Assembly (NCBI GenBank): GCA_037440525.1
Contig: JBBITW010000004.1
Span: forward strand, 1-54,152
Length of the DNA: 54,152 bases
Reading direction: 5' to 3'
Source of the DNA: Deltaproteobacteria bacterium
GTDB lineage: Bacteria > Desulfobacterota > BSN033 > UBA1163
Under the pieces are notes generated by a model. It saw nothing but the letters and a program-made list of their open reading frames with translations. It did no database searches and was not told where the DNA came from. Numbering within the stretch: position 1 is the stretch's first letter; each line of letters begins with the position of its first letter. Position numbers and translations under genes: made by a program. Below, piece after piece: positions 19,853 to 31,583 of this stretch.

Positions 19853-21106
19853 ATGAATATAAAAGATTTGAAACAGAAAAAGATTAGTGAATTGACAAAG
19901 ATTGCAAGAGAACTCGGGGTTGAAGGGGCAAGTGGGATGAGAAAACAGGATCTGATATTTGCCATCCTTCAGGCCCAGACTGAAAAAAACGGTCTGATCT
20001 TTGGGGAGGGGGTTTTGGAGATACTACCAGATGGATTCGGATTTCTAAGGGCTCCTGATTATAATTACCTTCCAGGACCGGATGATATCTATATCTCCCC
20101 ATCCCAGATAAGGAGATTTAATCTTAGAACAGGCGATACAGTTTCAGGACAGATTAGACCTCCCAAGGATACAGAGAGATACTTTGCAATGCTTAAAGTT
20201 GAGATGGTAAATTATGAAGACCCTGAGATAGCAAGAGATAAGATACTGTTTGATAATTTGACTCCCCTCTACCCTCAGGAAAGAATAAGATTGGAGGTTG
20301 ATGGAGATTCAGATAATTTCTCAGCACGGGTTATGGATCTACTCACACCTATTGGAAAGGGTCAGAGGGGCCTCATCGTTGCTGCTCCAAGAACAGGTAA
20401 AACAATGCTTCTACAGACGATAGCCCATAGCATTACCACCAATCACAAAGAGATTATTCTTATAGTCCTCCTAATAGATGAGAGACCCGAGGAAGTGACT
20501 GATATGGAGAGATCAGTTGATGCAGAGGTAATAAGCTCAACCTTTGATGAACCAGCCCAGCGACATGTTCAGGTCGCGGAGATGGTAATTGAGAAGGCCA
20601 AACGATTAGTAGAGCATCAAAAGGATGTTGTTATCCTCCTTGATAGCATTACTCGTCTTGCGAGGGCTTATAATGCAGTTGTTCCACCAAGCGGTAAGGT
20701 CCTTTCAGGTGGGATAGATGCCAATGCACTTCAGAGGCCAAAACGTTTTTTTGGTGCAGCGAGAAATGTCGAAGAGGGTGGAAGCCTCACCATCATCGGT
20801 ACAGCTCTAATTGATACTGGTAGTAGAATGGATGAGGTTATATTTGAGGAGTTCAAAGGAACAGGCAATATGGAGATTCATCTGGATCGTCGCCTTGTGG
20901 ATAGGAGGGTATTTCCTTCAATTGATATTCAGCGTTCTGGTACAAGAAAGGAGGAACTTCTTCTGGATCCAAATGACCTCAATCGAATATGGCTCCTAAG
21001 AAAGGTTCTTCAACCTATGAATACAGTTGAGAGTATGGAATTTCTCTTAGAAAAGATGCATGCTACAAAGAACAATCGCGAATTCCTCGATTCAATGAAT
21101 CAATAA
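19853..21106 (+). CDS. rho: transcription termination factor Rho
   Basis: 417 aa with an N-terminal SAP-like/CSD RNA-binding region, the Walker A APPRTGKT-type motif ([12 protein letters not shown]), and RecA-type ATPase motifs. Confidence 0.96.
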   Translation: MNIKDLKQKKISELTKIARELGVEGASGMRKQDLIFAILQAQTEKNGLIFGEGVLEILPDGFGFLRAPDYNYLPGPDDIYISPSQIRRFNLRTGDTVSGQIRPPKDTERYFAMLKVEMVNYEDPEIARDKILFDNLTPLYPQERIRLEVDGDSDNFSARVMDLLTPIGKGQRGLIVAAPRTGKTMLLQTIAHSITTNHKEIILIVLLIDERPEEVTDMERSVDAEVISSTFDEPAQRHVQVAEMVIEKAKRLVEHQKDVVILLDSITRLARAYNAVVPPSGKVLSGGIDANALQRPKRFFGAARNVEEGGSLTIIGTALIDTGSRMDEVIFEEFKGTGNMEIHLDRRLVDRRVFPSIDIQRSGTRKEELLLDPNDLNRIWLLRKVLQPMNTVESMEFLLEKMHATKNNREFLDSMNQ

Positions 21107-21133
21107 TTATATATCAATGGGACCATTAAATAA

Positions 21134-21217
21134 AGGCTGTGTCGCAATGAGGTTTATGCCATGTTTGTCATTCCGAGCGAAGCGAGGAATCTATAGAATG
21201 ACATTATGAAACAGCCT
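21134..21217 (-). repeat. family-1 repeat, inverted orientation, with terminal inverted arms
   Basis: The core tgtcattccgagcgaagcgaggaatcta (21166-21193) is the reverse complement of the family core. The arms are aggctgtgtcgcaatg (21134-21149) and cattatgaaacagcct (21202-21217). It lies just downstream of the rho stop. Confidence 0.7.
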
Positions 21218-21310
21218 CTGGGGAGAGAAGAGGGTAGTGTAGTTATGGATAAAAAAAGTTGAAAATCTTTAAGAAATCAGTAATCATAATAATTAGTGGA
21301 GGCAAATGTA

Positions 21311-21526
21311 ATGAAAAAGGGTATTCATCCAGAGATGTTTGATGCAATAATAAAATGTGCCTGTGGAGCAATATTTGAGACTAAGAGTACTCAGAAGGAG
21401 ATTCATGTTGAAATATGCTCGAACTGTCACCCTTTCTTCACAGGTAAACAAAAATTTGTTGATTCAGCAGGTAGGATTGAAAGATTTAAAAAGAAATATG
21501 GGGATAAGATTGAATATTCTGATTAA
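21311..21526 (+). CDS. rpmE: 50S ribosomal protein L31
   Basis: MKKGIHPE...C.CG....T.S......[13 protein letters not shown] pattern. The ATG at 21311 is preceded by GGAGG. The track ORF starts upstream at a GTG. Confidence 0.92.
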   Translation: MKKGIHPEMFDAIIKCACGAIFETKSTQKEIHVEICSNCHPFFTGKQKFVDSAGRIERFKKKYGDKIEYSD

Positions 21527-21575
21527 TTCAAAACCTTACAGATGTTTCATAATTCTGCCAATGATATCTTCTGAT

Positions 21576-21600
21576 AAGACCTTATCATATGGTCTTTTGA
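21576..21600 (+). terminator. weak candidate intrinsic terminator after rpmE
   Basis: Stem aagacc (21576-21581) / ggtctt (21591-21596) with a 9-nt loop, followed by ttga. The stem is short and the U-tract is poor. Confidence 0.3.
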
Positions 21601-21793
21601 AAATCTTGACCTATCGTATCTTTACCGACCTTAAACATTAGTTCAATCTGTAGATAAAAATGTATATTAAAGAGATTGTATGTTCTGGTATATCCTTGCA
21701 AAGTTTCTTTTTAATCAATGCACTTAATTTCTCGGCCAATCAAATACTCTCTCGGATTGGAAATATAAAGGTATTGAAATTGGAGGGGAAGAG

Positions 21794-22864
21794 ATGACCC
21801 AGATGTTTGAAAAATTAGAAGAGGTTGAACGTAAGTATGAAACACTTTCCCATCTTCTGAGCAAACCTGAAGTAATAAATAATCAGACAGAGCTGCAGAG
21901 GGTTGCCAAGGAATATGCAGAGTTGGGAAAGATAGTGGAGCTTTACAGGAGGCTTAAAAGATTAGAAGATGAGATTAATGAGAACAAAAGACTCCTCTAT
22001 ACAGACGATGATGAAGAGCTCAAGGGTCTCCTGAGAGAAGAGATTCATCGTTTAACAGGAGAGAAGGAAAGGTTAGAGAAGGATTTAAAGATTGCTATTC
22101 TTCCAAAAGACCCAAATGATGAGAAGAATGTGATCCTCGAGATAAGGGCAGGAGCAGGGGGAGATGAGGCAGGCCTTTTTGCGGCTGATATATTTAGAAT
22201 GTATGCCAAGTATGCGGAGAAAAATCATTGGCGGGTGGAGATATTGAACCGTCATTACACAGGGGTAGGGGGGTTCAAAGAGATAATAGCACTTTTTGAA
22301 GGAAAAGGTGTTTACAGCCGGTTGAAATATGAAAGCGGGGTTCATCGTGTCCAGAGGGTTCCCATTACAGAATCTCAAGGAAGGATACATACATCTACGG
22401 TTACAGTGGCAGTTCTCCCCGAGGCAGAGGAGGTGGATGTAGAGATTGATCCAAATGATCTTCGTATAGATATCTTTCGATCATCAGGGCCTGGAGGACA
22501 GAGCGTCAATACCACAGATTCTGCTGTCAGGATTACACATATTCCAACAGCCATAGTGGTTTCGTGCCAGGATGAAAAATCACAACATAAAAATAAGGCA
22601 AAGGCCCTTAAGATATTAAGGGCAAGATTGCTGGATAAGGCAAGGCAGGAGAAAGAGAGGGAGATCTCTGAAAAGAGGAGAAACCAGGTGGGCACTGGTG
22701 AGAGGAGCGAAAGAATAAGGACATATAACTTTCCTCAGGGTAGGGTGACCGATCATCGCATAGGATTGACACTTTATCGATTGGATGAGGTTTTGGAGGG
22801 TGATCTGGATGAGATCATAGATCGGTTAATTACCCATTATCAAACAGAGTCACTTAAGAGTTAA
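21794..22864 (+). CDS. prfA: peptide chain release factor 1
   Basis: 356 aa with the GGQ motif ([11 protein letters not shown]), the RF1-type tripeptide region [14 protein letters not shown], and a strong SD. Confidence 0.96.
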   Translation: MTQMFEKLEEVERKYETLSHLLSKPEVINNQTELQRVAKEYAELGKIVELYRRLKRLEDEINENKRLLYTDDDEELKGLLREEIHRLTGEKERLEKDLKIAILPKDPNDEKNVILEIRAGAGGDEAGLFAADIFRMYAKYAEKNHWRVEILNRHYTGVGGFKEIIALFEGKGVYSRLKYESGVHRVQRVPITESQGRIHTSTVTVAVLPEAEEVDVEIDPNDLRIDIFRSSGPGGQSVNTTDSAVRITHIPTAIVVSCQDEKSQHKNKAKALKILRARLLDKARQEKEREISEKRRNQVGTGERSERIRTYNFPQGRVTDHRIGLTLYRLDEVLEGDLDEIIDRLITHYQTESLKS

Positions 22865-22866
22865 AA

Positions 22867-23730
22867 ATGAAGGTATTGGATACCCTCAACTGGGCCACCA
22901 AATATTTAACGCAACATCGTGTTGAGAATCCCAGACTAAATGGAGAACTTATATTGGCCCATTCTATGGGTCTTAGCAGGGAAGGACTGTATATTCATCT
23001 CAAGGACGATATCAGGGATGAAGAGAGAGAAGTGTTTGAGAATTTAATAAAAAGACGAATCTCAGGAGAGCCGCTTCAATATATTTTAGGTCATCAGGAA
23101 TTTTGGTCAATCGATTTTAAAGTAGATACTCGGGTGCTTATACCGAGGCCAGAGACAGAAATTTTGGTTGAAGAAGGTATATCCATAATCTCCCGGATCT
23201 CTTCAAAAAGAAGGCCTTTTGTCCTGGATTTAGGAACAGGAAGTGGAGCTATTGCCATATCTCTCGTCAAAGAGATAAAAGAAATCTTTTTAGTGGCTAC
23301 AGATATATCCTTCGATGCTCTATTAGTGGCAAAGGAGAATGCAAGGTCTTTGGGTGTAATGGATAGAATTAAATTTTTAAATGGTGATCTTTTTAATCCC
23401 ATCTCAAGATCAGCGAATCTGTTTGACTTGATAATTTCTAATCCCCCATATATCATAGATCAGGATATTGATCGATTAGCTAAAGAGGTGAGGGATTATG
23501 AACCTCGAATAGCCCTCGATGGAGGCAGAGATGGTTTGAAATTTTATAGAAGGATTATCTCACAGAGTCCATTTTATCTTTGTAAAGAAGGATGGCTTTT
23601 ATTAGAGGTTGGAAGAGGTCAGGCAGAAAAGGTATCAGAGTTGATAGAGAGGGAGAGATGTTTTCACAAGCCTGAATTGATAAAAGACTGTTCAGGAGTT
23701 AAAAGGGTTTTGAAGGCACAGAGGGTTTAA
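22867..23730 (+). CDS. prmC: release-factor glutamine N5-methyltransferase PrmC/HemK
   Basis: 287 aa with the SAM motif [11 protein letters not shown] and the catalytic NPPY. It lies directly after prfA. Confidence 0.93.
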   Translation: MKVLDTLNWATKYLTQHRVENPRLNGELILAHSMGLSREGLYIHLKDDIRDEEREVFENLIKRRISGEPLQYILGHQEFWSIDFKVDTRVLIPRPETEILVEEGISIISRISSKRRPFVLDLGTGSGAIAISLVKEIKEIFLVATDISFDALLVAKENARSLGVMDRIKFLNGDLFNPISRSANLFDLIISNPPYIIDQDIDRLAKEVRDYEPRIALDGGRDGLKFYRRIISQSPFYLCKEGWLLLEVGRGQAEKVSELIERERCFHKPELIKDCSGVKRVLKAQRV

Positions 23731-23731
23731 A

Positions 23732-24991
23732 ATGGATAAGATCGTCATAAATGGTGGAGAGAGGTTGCTTGGAGAGGTTGAGGTTAGTGGTTCTAAGAAT
23801 GCCTCCCTTCCAATATTTACTGCCTCTCTATTAGTTGAAGGGGAAAATATCTTCTATAATGTCCCAAAATTGAAGGATATAGAGACAATCTGTAAGGTCT
23901 TAAAAAACCTCGGTGTGGAGGTATCAAATGAGGATAGGATTTATCGCATAAATGCAAAGGATATAAAGAGCTGTAGAGCACCATATGAATTGGTTAAGAC
24001 TATGAGGGCATCAATACTTGTTCTCGGCCCATTACTTGCACGAATGAGGAAGGCATCGGTTTCCCTTCCTGGTGGATGTGCAATAGGGGCAAGGCCAATT
24101 GATCTCCATCTAAAAGGTCTTGAGATGATGGGAGCAAGAATTGAGCTTCGTTCGGGCTATATAGAGGCAGAGGTAGATAGGTTAAAAGGAGCTAATATCT
24201 CCTTCGATATCTCTACAGTTACAGGTACAGAAAACTTAATGATGGCCGCAACATTAGCCCGTGGTGAGACCATCCTCCAGAATGCAGCAATGGAACCAGA
24301 GGTTGTGGAGCTTGCCAATGTACTTATTAAGATGGGGGCAAAGATTTATGGGGCAGGAACCAATATCATAAGGATTCAGGGAGTTGAAGAACTCAAGCCC
24401 GTGAGGCATACAATGATCCCAGATCGGATAGAAGCAGGCACACTAATGGTGGCTGCGGGGTTAACACGTGGGAATGTAAAACTTCTTCAATGTCCAATTC
24501 ACCATATGGAGGCTTTGGTTCATAAATTGAGAGAGGCAGGGATGGAGATAGAAGCCGATGGAGAAGGGGTGAGGGTAGTAGGGAATACTCGTATTAGAAG
24601 TGTGGATGTTAAGACAGCTCCATTTCCCGGGTTTCCAACAGATATGCAGGCACAGTTTATGGTTTTGATGTCTCTGGCAAAGGGTTTGAGTGTGATTACA
24701 GAGACTATATTCGAAAATAGGTTTATTCATGTAAGCGAACTTCAAAGGATGGGGGCAAATATAAGAATTCATGGGAATTCAGCAATTATTCAAGGTGTGG
24801 AGAGTTTGAGCGGTGCACAGGTGATGGCCACAGACCTCAGGGCAAGCGCCTCCCTTGTGCTTGCTGGATTGGCCGCAGATGGAGTAACAGAGGTATCGAG
24901 GGTTTACCATTTGGATCGGGGGTATGAAGGATTGGATAAGAAGTTGGCCCAGCTCGGTGCAAACATAAAAAGGGTGAAAGATGAACAATAA
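23732..24991 (+). CDS. murA: UDP-N-acetylglucosamine 1-carboxyvinyltransferase
   Basis: 419 aa with the N-terminal GSKNASLP, an active-site loop containing Cys ([15 protein letters not shown]), and the EPSP-synthase-like fold pattern. Confidence 0.95.
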   Translation: MDKIVINGGERLLGEVEVSGSKNASLPIFTASLLVEGENIFYNVPKLKDIETICKVLKNLGVEVSNEDRIYRINAKDIKSCRAPYELVKTMRASILVLGPLLARMRKASVSLPGGCAIGARPIDLHLKGLEMMGARIELRSGYIEAEVDRLKGANISFDISTVTGTENLMMAATLARGETILQNAAMEPEVVELANVLIKMGAKIYGAGTNIIRIQGVEELKPVRHTMIPDRIEAGTLMVAAGLTRGNVKLLQCPIHHMEALVHKLREAGMEIEADGEGVRVVGNTRIRSVDVKTAPFPGFPTDMQAQFMVLMSLAKGLSVITETIFENRFIHVSELQRMGANIRIHGNSAIIQGVESLSGAQVMATDLRASASLVLAGLAADGVTEVSRVYHLDRGYEGLDKKLAQLGANIKRVKDEQ

Positions 24992-25033
24992 GAAGTTAGT
25001 TTTATTTGAATAAGTTTTGATGAGGTAATCTTA

Positions 25034-26326
25034 ATGAGAATTCTTAAAGATGGGGAGAAGGAATTCGATCTATATCTTTCTGAGGTTGAAAGGAGAATTG
25101 AAGAGTATCCAACACTATTAGAAAATGAAGTTCGTTCAATTCTTAAGGAGGTGCGTAAGAGGGGAGACGATGCCATCCTTCACTATACAAAACTCTTTGA
25201 TGGTCTTGAACTGAAACCATCCCAAATTAAGGTAAGAGAAGAAGAGATCAAGGATGCAAGAAAAAGGATTCCTCAGGGCCTTTTTAATACCCTTAAAAGG
25301 GCGGCCTATCGTATTAGGAAGTTCCAAAGCCTTTCAAAAAAGAGATTCTCATTGAGATGGGTGGAAAAAGGGATACACATAGAACAAATCCTTAGACCAT
25401 TAGACAGAGTTGGTATATATATACCTGGAGGAAAGGCATCCTACCCTTCCACACTACTTATGGCCGCTATACCTGCGAAGGTAGCAGGAGTTCGTGAAAT
25501 TATCCTAACAACTCCACCTCATAAAGAAGGTATCTCTCCTGCAATCCTTGCCTCTGCAGATATAGCAGGGGTTAATAAAATATATCAGGTTGGAGGGGCC
25601 CAGGCAATTGGAGCTATGGCATATGGGACATCCTCAATTCCAAAGGTGGATAAGATCGTTGGCCCTGGAAACAGATATGTGGCAGTTGCCAAGCGATTGG
25701 TTTATGGTTTAGTAGACATCGATATGATAGCAGGACCAAGCGAGATAGTTATCATATCCGATGGCAATACTTCACCTTCCTTCATAGCAGCAGATCTGAT
25801 TTCCCAGGCAGAGCATGATGAGGCGGCAATGGCCATTCTGATAACCACATCTGATTCCCATGCGATAAAAGTAAAGGATGAATTGGTGAGACAACTCTCC
25901 ATTCTCAAACGTAGAAAGATAGCCTGGAGAAGTTTAAAACAGAGAGGTGCTATACTGGTTGTTAAAGATATTGATCATGCCATAGAATTAGCAAATAGAA
26001 TATCACCCGAGCATCTCGAATTGAGCGTAAGGAATCCATTAAAACTTGTTGGAAGAATAAAGAATGCAGGAGCAATATTTCTCGGTTCAAATACTCCAGA
26101 GGCAATTGGTGATTACATGGCCGGACCAAATCATATCCTTCCAACAGGAGGGACAGCCCGTTTTTCTTCCTCTCTGGGTGTGATGGATTTTCTAAAGAGG
26201 ATAAATTTGATAGGCTTTACTCAAAATTCTTTGAAGAGGTTTGAGGATGATATCAAGAGATTTACAGATTGGGAAGGATTGGAAGGTCATTATAGGTCAG
26301 TGAGGATAAGAATGGGTGGAATCTAA
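25034..26326 (+). CDS. hisD: histidinol dehydrogenase
   Basis: 430 aa with the IAGPSE, SQAEHDE and SPEHLEL motifs. Confidence 0.95.
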   Translation: MRILKDGEKEFDLYLSEVERRIEEYPTLLENEVRSILKEVRKRGDDAILHYTKLFDGLELKPSQIKVREEEIKDARKRIPQGLFNTLKRAAYRIRKFQSLSKKRFSLRWVEKGIHIEQILRPLDRVGIYIPGGKASYPSTLLMAAIPAKVAGVREIILTTPPHKEGISPAILASADIAGVNKIYQVGGAQAIGAMAYGTSSIPKVDKIVGPGNRYVAVAKRLVYGLVDIDMIAGPSEIVIISDGNTSPSFIAADLISQAEHDEAAMAILITTSDSHAIKVKDELVRQLSILKRRKIAWRSLKQRGAILVVKDIDHAIELANRISPEHLELSVRNPLKLVGRIKNAGAIFLGSNTPEAIGDYMAGPNHILPTGGTARFSSSLGVMDFLKRINLIGFTQNSLKRFEDDIKRFTDWEGLEGHYRSVRIRMGGI

Positions 26327-26359
26327 AAATGCCTTTTAAGAGACAGCAATGAGGAAGAT

Positions 26360-26953
26360 ATGAGGCGCCATAGAAAGGTAGAGGTAAGGAGAAAGACTAA
26401 GGAGACAGAGATACTCTTGAGACTCGATCTTGACGGCTCAGGGGGATATTCTGTTAATACAGGTATCCCATTCTTTGATCATATGCTTAATCTGTTTACA
26501 TACCATAGCTCAGTTGACCTCTCAATTGAGGCAAAAGGAGATATCAAAGTAGATTTTCACCATACAGTAGAGGATGTGGGAATCTCACTCGGAGAGGGAA
26601 TAAGAAAGGCACTGGGAGAGGCAAAGGGTATAAAGAGATATGGAATGGCTATAATTCCTATGGATGAAACACTGGCTTCTGTTGCACTGGATATTTCTAT
26701 GAGGCCATGTCTTGTCTTTAATATGAAGTTTAAAAGATCAAAGATAGGGACATTCGATCTCGAACTCGTGGAGGAATTCTTTAAGGCCCTGTGTAACCAT
26801 GGAAGAATTACCCTTCATATAAATCTCCTCTATGGAAGAAATACTCATCATATGGTTGAAGCGGTCTTCAAAGGATTTGGCAGGGCTTTAAGAGAAGCGA
26901 TCTCTTTTGATGAGCGTTCTTCTAAGATTCCATCGACAAAAGGAATACTTTGA
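26360..26953 (+). CDS. hisB: imidazoleglycerol-phosphate dehydratase
   Basis: 197 aa with the RKTKETEI start, the FFDHML and HHxVE motifs, and PSTKG at the C-terminus. Confidence 0.95.
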   Translation: MRRHRKVEVRRKTKETEILLRLDLDGSGGYSVNTGIPFFDHMLNLFTYHSSVDLSIEAKGDIKVDFHHTVEDVGISLGEGIRKALGEAKGIKRYGMAIIPMDETLASVALDISMRPCLVFNMKFKRSKIGTFDLELVEEFFKALCNHGRITLHINLLYGRNTHHMVEAVFKGFGRALREAISFDERSSKIPSTKGIL

Positions 26954-26996
26954 TTCCATAGATAGCATTATTCGGAAGGGGTATAAGGTAAGTAAG

Positions 26997-27614
26997 ATGA
27001 ATCCGAAGATCGCTATTATTGATTACGGGATGGGAAACCTCAGAAGCGTTCAGAAAGGTTTCGAATATCTCGGGTTTGAGGCTCGAGTAACACGGGGAAA
27101 GAAAGAGATAAAGGATTCACATGCAATCGTTTTACCTGGAGTAGGTGCATTTAGGGATTGTATTGAGAATCTGAGAAGATATGGATTGATTGAGCTTGTT
27201 TTGGAATCCATCAAAGAGGGTAAACCTTATCTCGGTATCTGTTTAGGCCTTCAGATCCTTTTTTCAGAGAGTGAGGAATTTGGAAAACAGAAAGGCCTCG
27301 ATCTGATAAAGGGAAGAGTGGTAAAATTCAAACCAGCTTCTGGATTCAAGGTTCCACATATGGGTTGGAATTCAATCGAGAAGAGGAGAGATTTGCCCCT
27401 GCTTCAGGGGATTGAGAGTGGTGACTTTTTCTATTTTGTTCACTCCTATTATGTGGTACCAGAAGATGAGGCTTGTATATCTACCATTACAGATTATGGT
27501 ATCCCTTTTGTTTCGAGTATCTTTAAAGATAACATCTTTGCAACACAATTCCATCCTGAGAAGAGTCAGAAAAAGGGATTGAGGATACTTCATAATTTTG
27601 TAAGATCAATTTAG
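26997..27614 (+). CDS. hisH: imidazole glycerol phosphate synthase, glutamine amidotransferase subunit
   Basis: IAIIDYGMGNLRSV, the catalytic GICLGLQ, and FHPEKS. I chose the ATG at 26997. The track ORF's 30-aa upstream extension overlaps hisB. Confidence 0.93.
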   Translation: MNPKIAIIDYGMGNLRSVQKGFEYLGFEARVTRGKKEIKDSHAIVLPGVGAFRDCIENLRRYGLIELVLESIKEGKPYLGICLGLQILFSESEEFGKQKGLDLIKGRVVKFKPASGFKVPHMGWNSIEKRRDLPLLQGIESGDFFYFVHSYYVVPEDEACISTITDYGIPFVSSIFKDNIFATQFHPEKSQKKGLRILHNFVRSI

Positions 27615-27668
27615 TGATGGTGAAAGGTTATAACTGATCAACATCACTTTATTACAAAGGAGAGGCGA

Positions 27669-28502
27669 ATGAATGAGGTGATGGTGGGGAAGATCAGAAT
27701 TGGCAGGGGAAATCCCCTTGTATTGATTTCAGGTCCATGTGTATTGGAAGAAGAGGCACTTACACTGGAGATTGCAGGGGCGCTAAGAGACCTCTGTGAT
27801 GACCTTGGGATCCCGTTGATCTTTAAGGCTTCTTATGAGAAGGACAATCGAAGTTCAGAGAGTTTATATCGGGGTCCGGGGCTTAAAAATGGTCTTAGAA
27901 TACTTGCAAGGATTAAAGAGGAGTTTGGGATTCCAGTTCTCTCGGACGTTCATCGTGTAGAGGATGTGGATAAGGTTAAGGAAATTTTGGATGTGATTCA
28001 AGTCCCTGCCTTCTTATGTCAGCAGACAAGTCTGCTTCTCAAGGTCGGAGAGTCTGGTAAGGTGGTAAATATCAAGAAGGGTCAGTTCATGTCACCTGAA
28101 GGGATGGTTGGAGCAGTAAAGAAGATATATAGCACCGGAAATCAGCAAGTCCTGCTTACAGAAAGGGGAAGCTGTTTCGGATACAATAGATTGATATCAG
28201 ATTTCTGTTCCATCCCAATAATGCAAGGGATCGGCTGCCCTGTAATCTTTGATGCCACGCATGTGATAAGAAATTACGGCATCCCGAGTGCTGACCCAGG
28301 GGGAGGCAGTCCACAATTTGTTCCACATCTATCGAGAGCTGCGGTGGCAGTGGGCTGTAATGGTCTCTTTCTTGAAACTCATCCAAGACCGAGGGAGGCA
28401 CTCTGTGATGCATCGAGTATGATTCCACTTTCTGGGATGGAAGCTCTACTTAGAGAGGTTAAGGCAATTCATGACATTGTAAGGGGATTGGGTATAGCTT
28501 AA
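27669..28502 (+). CDS. kdsA: 3-deoxy-8-phosphooctulonate (KDO8P) synthase
   Basis: 277 aa with the patterns GPCVLE, FKASYEKDNRSS, IKKGQF and DATH. Confidence 0.9.
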   Translation: MNEVMVGKIRIGRGNPLVLISGPCVLEEEALTLEIAGALRDLCDDLGIPLIFKASYEKDNRSSESLYRGPGLKNGLRILARIKEEFGIPVLSDVHRVEDVDKVKEILDVIQVPAFLCQQTSLLLKVGESGKVVNIKKGQFMSPEGMVGAVKKIYSTGNQQVLLTERGSCFGYNRLISDFCSIPIMQGIGCPVIFDATHVIRNYGIPSADPGGGSPQFVPHLSRAAVAVGCNGLFLETHPRPREALCDASSMIPLSGMEALLREVKAIHDIVRGLGIA

Positions 28503-28529
28503 AGAATAGATTTAAAAAGGGAGAAGAGG

Positions 28530-29186
28530 ATGAAGATATTTCTCGATACAGCGAATCTCGATGAAATAAGAAATGCAAAGGCACTCGGTATGATAGATGG
28601 TGTGACGACAAATCCAACCCTTCTTGCAAAAGAGAATGAGGATGTAGAGACACTAATCAGAAAGATATCGAATCAAGTGGAAGGACCTGTAAATGTTGAG
28701 GTTACAGGAACGACCCGAGAAGAGATAGTGAAAGAGGCCCGTATCCTTGCAACATGGGGAAAAGAGATAGTGATAAAGATTCCTATGAATAATGAGGGAC
28801 TCAAGGCCGTTAGGGAACTTAGATCCGAAGGTATTTCAACCAATTTAACACTTATATTTTCACCATCGCAGGCAATTCTGGCTGCCAAGGCCGGTGCAAC
28901 CTATATATGCCCTTTTTTAGGAAGGCTCGATGATATAAGTTTTAATGGGCTCGATCTAATAAGACAGATTGTAGAAATTTATCGAAACTATGATTCATTT
29001 CAGACCCAGATCATTGTTGCAAGTGTGAGAAATCCAATTCATGTGGTTGAGGCTGCACTGATGGGCGTAGAGATTGTCACCATTCCTCCAAACATACTGG
29101 AGCAGTTGGTAAGGCATCCCCTTACAGATATAGGTATAAAAAGGTTTTTGGAGGATTCAAAGATGATAAAGAGGTCATCACGATAG
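28530..29186 (+). CDS. tal: short-form transaldolase / fructose-6-phosphate aldolase family
   Basis: 218 aa with MKIFLDTANLDEI, GVTTNPTL and the Schiff-base lysine context (VIKIP). Confidence 0.9.
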   Translation: MKIFLDTANLDEIRNAKALGMIDGVTTNPTLLAKENEDVETLIRKISNQVEGPVNVEVTGTTREEIVKEARILATWGKEIVIKIPMNNEGLKAVRELRSEGISTNLTLIFSPSQAILAAKAGATYICPFLGRLDDISFNGLDLIRQIVEIYRNYDSFQTQIIVASVRNPIHVVEAALMGVEIVTIPPNILEQLVRHPLTDIGIKRFLEDSKMIKRSSR

Positions 29187-29229
29187 TAATTGAATGTTTT
29201 TTATATAATTAAATAAAGATGGAGGAGAG

Positions 29230-29880
29230 ATGGAAAAGATTTTAAGAAATTTTTTTATAGGTTGCCTCTGTTTTTTTATACTATTTTCTGGAATCTTAGA
29301 AGCTAAGGCGGATGAGAAACCATATCTCTTCATCTCACCATTCTTCATTAAGCCAGAGGGTATATGCCCGATCTGTGGGACTGTATTTCGAAGGGGTGAG
29401 ATTCTACCAGGAGCAAAGAATACCTTCACAAGGATTCTATATCAGAAGATTGGGGAGAGGGAGATTTTCAGGATTTATCCCTTAGAAAGGGTTTTGGATG
29501 TGCTTTCCAAGAAAGATCCCAAGGAGTTAGAATCCAGCCCGAAGAGATTCTTTATTGACCTCGGAAGGGAGTTGGGAAGCGATTATATTCTGGTTGGATA
29601 TATCTTTCGCTTCGAAGAGAGGAGAGGATCATCTGTTGGTGTTGAAAGACCTGCATCTGTGGGTTTTGGCCTCCATCTCTTTCGTATAAAGGATGGTTTG
29701 GAGGTTTGGAAGGGGAGAATGGATGAAACCCAGAGACCTCTGAGCGAGAACATACTTAAGATAGGCTCTTTCCTGAGAAGAGGGGCGAGATGGTTGACAG
29801 CGGAGGAGCTTGCAATAGTTGGGCTGGAAGAGGTACTTAAGAGTTTTCCAGAGGCTAAAGAACTTGAGGAGGAGAGATGA
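29230..29880 (+). CDS. hypothetical secreted/lipoprotein-like protein
   Basis: 216 aa with an N-terminal hydrophobic signal-like segment (FFIGCLCFFILFSGILEA) and a CPICG motif. Its stop overlaps the hisA start (ATGA). I recognise no family. Confidence 0.6.
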   Translation: MEKILRNFFIGCLCFFILFSGILEAKADEKPYLFISPFFIKPEGICPICGTVFRRGEILPGAKNTFTRILYQKIGEREIFRIYPLERVLDVLSKKDPKELESSPKRFFIDLGRELGSDYILVGYIFRFEERRGSSVGVERPASVGFGLHLFRIKDGLEVWKGRMDETQRPLSENILKIGSFLRRGARWLTAEELAIVGLEEVLKSFPEAKELEEER

Positions 29881-30623
29881 TTGTCATCCCTGCGCTCGAT
29901 TTGAAGGATGGAAGATGTGTAAGACTCTATCAGGGGATGATGAATAAGGAGACGATCTTTTCAGAAGATCCGATTCAAATGGCCTTGCATTGGGAATCAA
30001 AGGGAGCGGAAAGACTCCATGTTGTTGATCTAAACGGTGCGGTTCTGGGTAGAGCATTTCATAAATCCCTTATAGAAGAGATTTCGAAAACCCTTCATAT
30101 TCCAGTAGAGGTTGGCGGAGGGATCAGGGATTTAGATACAATAGAGAGATATCTTGCTTCTGGTGTTGGCTGGGTGATAATTGGAACAGAGGCATATAGA
30201 AATCCCAAGATTGTGGAGGAGGCATGCCGTCAGTTTCCAAAGAGAGTAATCCTCGGGGTAGATGTCAGGGGTGGAAGGGTAGGAATTGAGGGCTGGAGGG
30301 AGACAACCTCTATGGAGGCAAGAGAGTTCGTTAAAAGATTTGAGGATATGGATCTTTCAGCAGTTATCTTTACAGATATTGAGAGGGATGGAACAGGAAA
30401 GGGATTGAACCTGAATATGACTCGATTTTTTGCCCAATCTATATCTATTCCAGTCATTGCATCAGGAGGTATATCGAGGATAGAGGAGATTAAGAATCTA
30501 AAGAAATTGAAATCGGATGGGGTCATAGGAGTAATTGTGGGCAAAGCCCTTTATACAGGGGATATCGATCTGGAAGAGGCAATTAGAGTGATAAAAGAAG
30601 AGGATCTCATGAAACAGAGTTAA
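29877..30623 (+). CDS. hisA: ProFAR isomerase HisA
   Basis: 248 aa with [20 protein letters not shown] and ASGGIS. Confidence 0.94.
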   Translation: MIVIPALDLKDGRCVRLYQGMMNKETIFSEDPIQMALHWESKGAERLHVVDLNGAVLGRAFHKSLIEEISKTLHIPVEVGGGIRDLDTIERYLASGVGWVIIGTEAYRNPKIVEEACRQFPKRVILGVDVRGGRVGIEGWRETTSMEAREFVKRFEDMDLSAVIFTDIERDGTGKGLNLNMTRFFAQSISIPVIASGGISRIEEIKNLKKLKSDGVIGVIVGKALYTGDIDLEEAIRVIKEEDLMKQS

Positions 30624-30650
30624 TAAGGGTTGAAAAAGGAGAATTTAGAT

Positions 30651-31406
30651 ATGCTTGCAAAGAGGATTATTCCTTGCCTCGATGTGAAAGATGGTAAAGT
30701 TGTAAAAGGGGTGCAGTTCTTAAATTTAAGGGATGCAGGTGACCCTGTGGAAAATGCTATGTTCTACGATGAACAGGGTGCTGATGAGATAGCCTTCTTA
30801 GATATCACAGCCTCTTATGAAAGAAGGGATATACTGATCGATGTAGTAAGAAGAACAGCTGAGAAGATATTCATTCCCCTTACAGTGGGCGGTGGCATCA
30901 GAACAATTGAAGATATAAGAAGGCTTCTCCTTGCCGGGGCTGATAAGGTATCAATCAATACTGCAGGGGTTAAGGATCCTTCATTTGTTAAGGAAGCATC
31001 AAGGCGTTTTGGCAGCCAGTGCATTGTGGTTGCAATTGATGCTAAAAGAGGAGGGAGTGGCTGGGAGGTTTATACCCATGGAGGGAGGATACCAACAGGA
31101 ATCGATGCAGTTCAGTGGGCAAAGAGGATGGAGGAGATGGGTGCAGGAGAGATTCTCCTCACCAGTATGGATAGAGATGGGACAAAGTATGGTTACGATC
31201 TTGAATTAACACGAGCCGTTTCAGAAGGAGTTAGCATCCCTGTAATTGCTTCTGGTGGTGTTGGAACTCTTGAACATCTATATGAAGGGCTCGTTTTAGG
31301 TAAGGCAGATGCTGTGCTTGCTGCCTCTATTTTTCATTACAGGGAATATACAATTTCACAGGTTAAATCCTACCTCAGAGAAAGAGGTGTCATTGTTCGA
31401 ACTTAG
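30651..31406 (+). CDS. hisF: imidazole glycerol phosphate synthase cyclase subunit
   Basis: [18 protein letters not shown] and ASGG. The ATG at 30651 follows AAGGAG. The track start at 30630 is TTG. Confidence 0.94.
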   Translation: MLAKRIIPCLDVKDGKVVKGVQFLNLRDAGDPVENAMFYDEQGADEIAFLDITASYERRDILIDVVRRTAEKIFIPLTVGGGIRTIEDIRRLLLAGADKVSINTAGVKDPSFVKEASRRFGSQCIVVAIDAKRGGSGWEVYTHGGRIPTGIDAVQWAKRMEEMGAGEILLTSMDRDGTKYGYDLELTRAVSEGVSIPVIASGGVGTLEHLYEGLVLGKADAVLAASIFHYREYTISQVKSYLRERGVIVRT

Positions 31407-31456
31407 CCCCATAACTTCGCTCTCCCTTTAGTAGATATGTGTAATGGGAGAATGTT

Positions 31457-31489
31457 ATGTTTGTCATTCTCAATGAAGTGGAGAAACTA
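31457..31489 (-). repeat. degenerate family-1 core copy
   Basis: atgtttgtcattctcaatgaagtggagaaacta aligns with atgtttgtcattccgagcgaagcgaggaatcta at 21161-21193. It lies downstream of hisF. Confidence 0.4.
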
Positions 31490-31583
31490 ATTATTTTGAC
31501 AAAATCGATTATAGAGATTCTTCATTTTTTACATCAGAATAATAATTTAACAAACTCCACTTGGGATTGGTTATGAGGGGAAG

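Noticed and set aside
21357-21641. A 94-aa ORF overlapping rpmE in another frame.
   Set aside because: It overlaps a clearly conserved L31 gene, and its sequence has no recognisable features.
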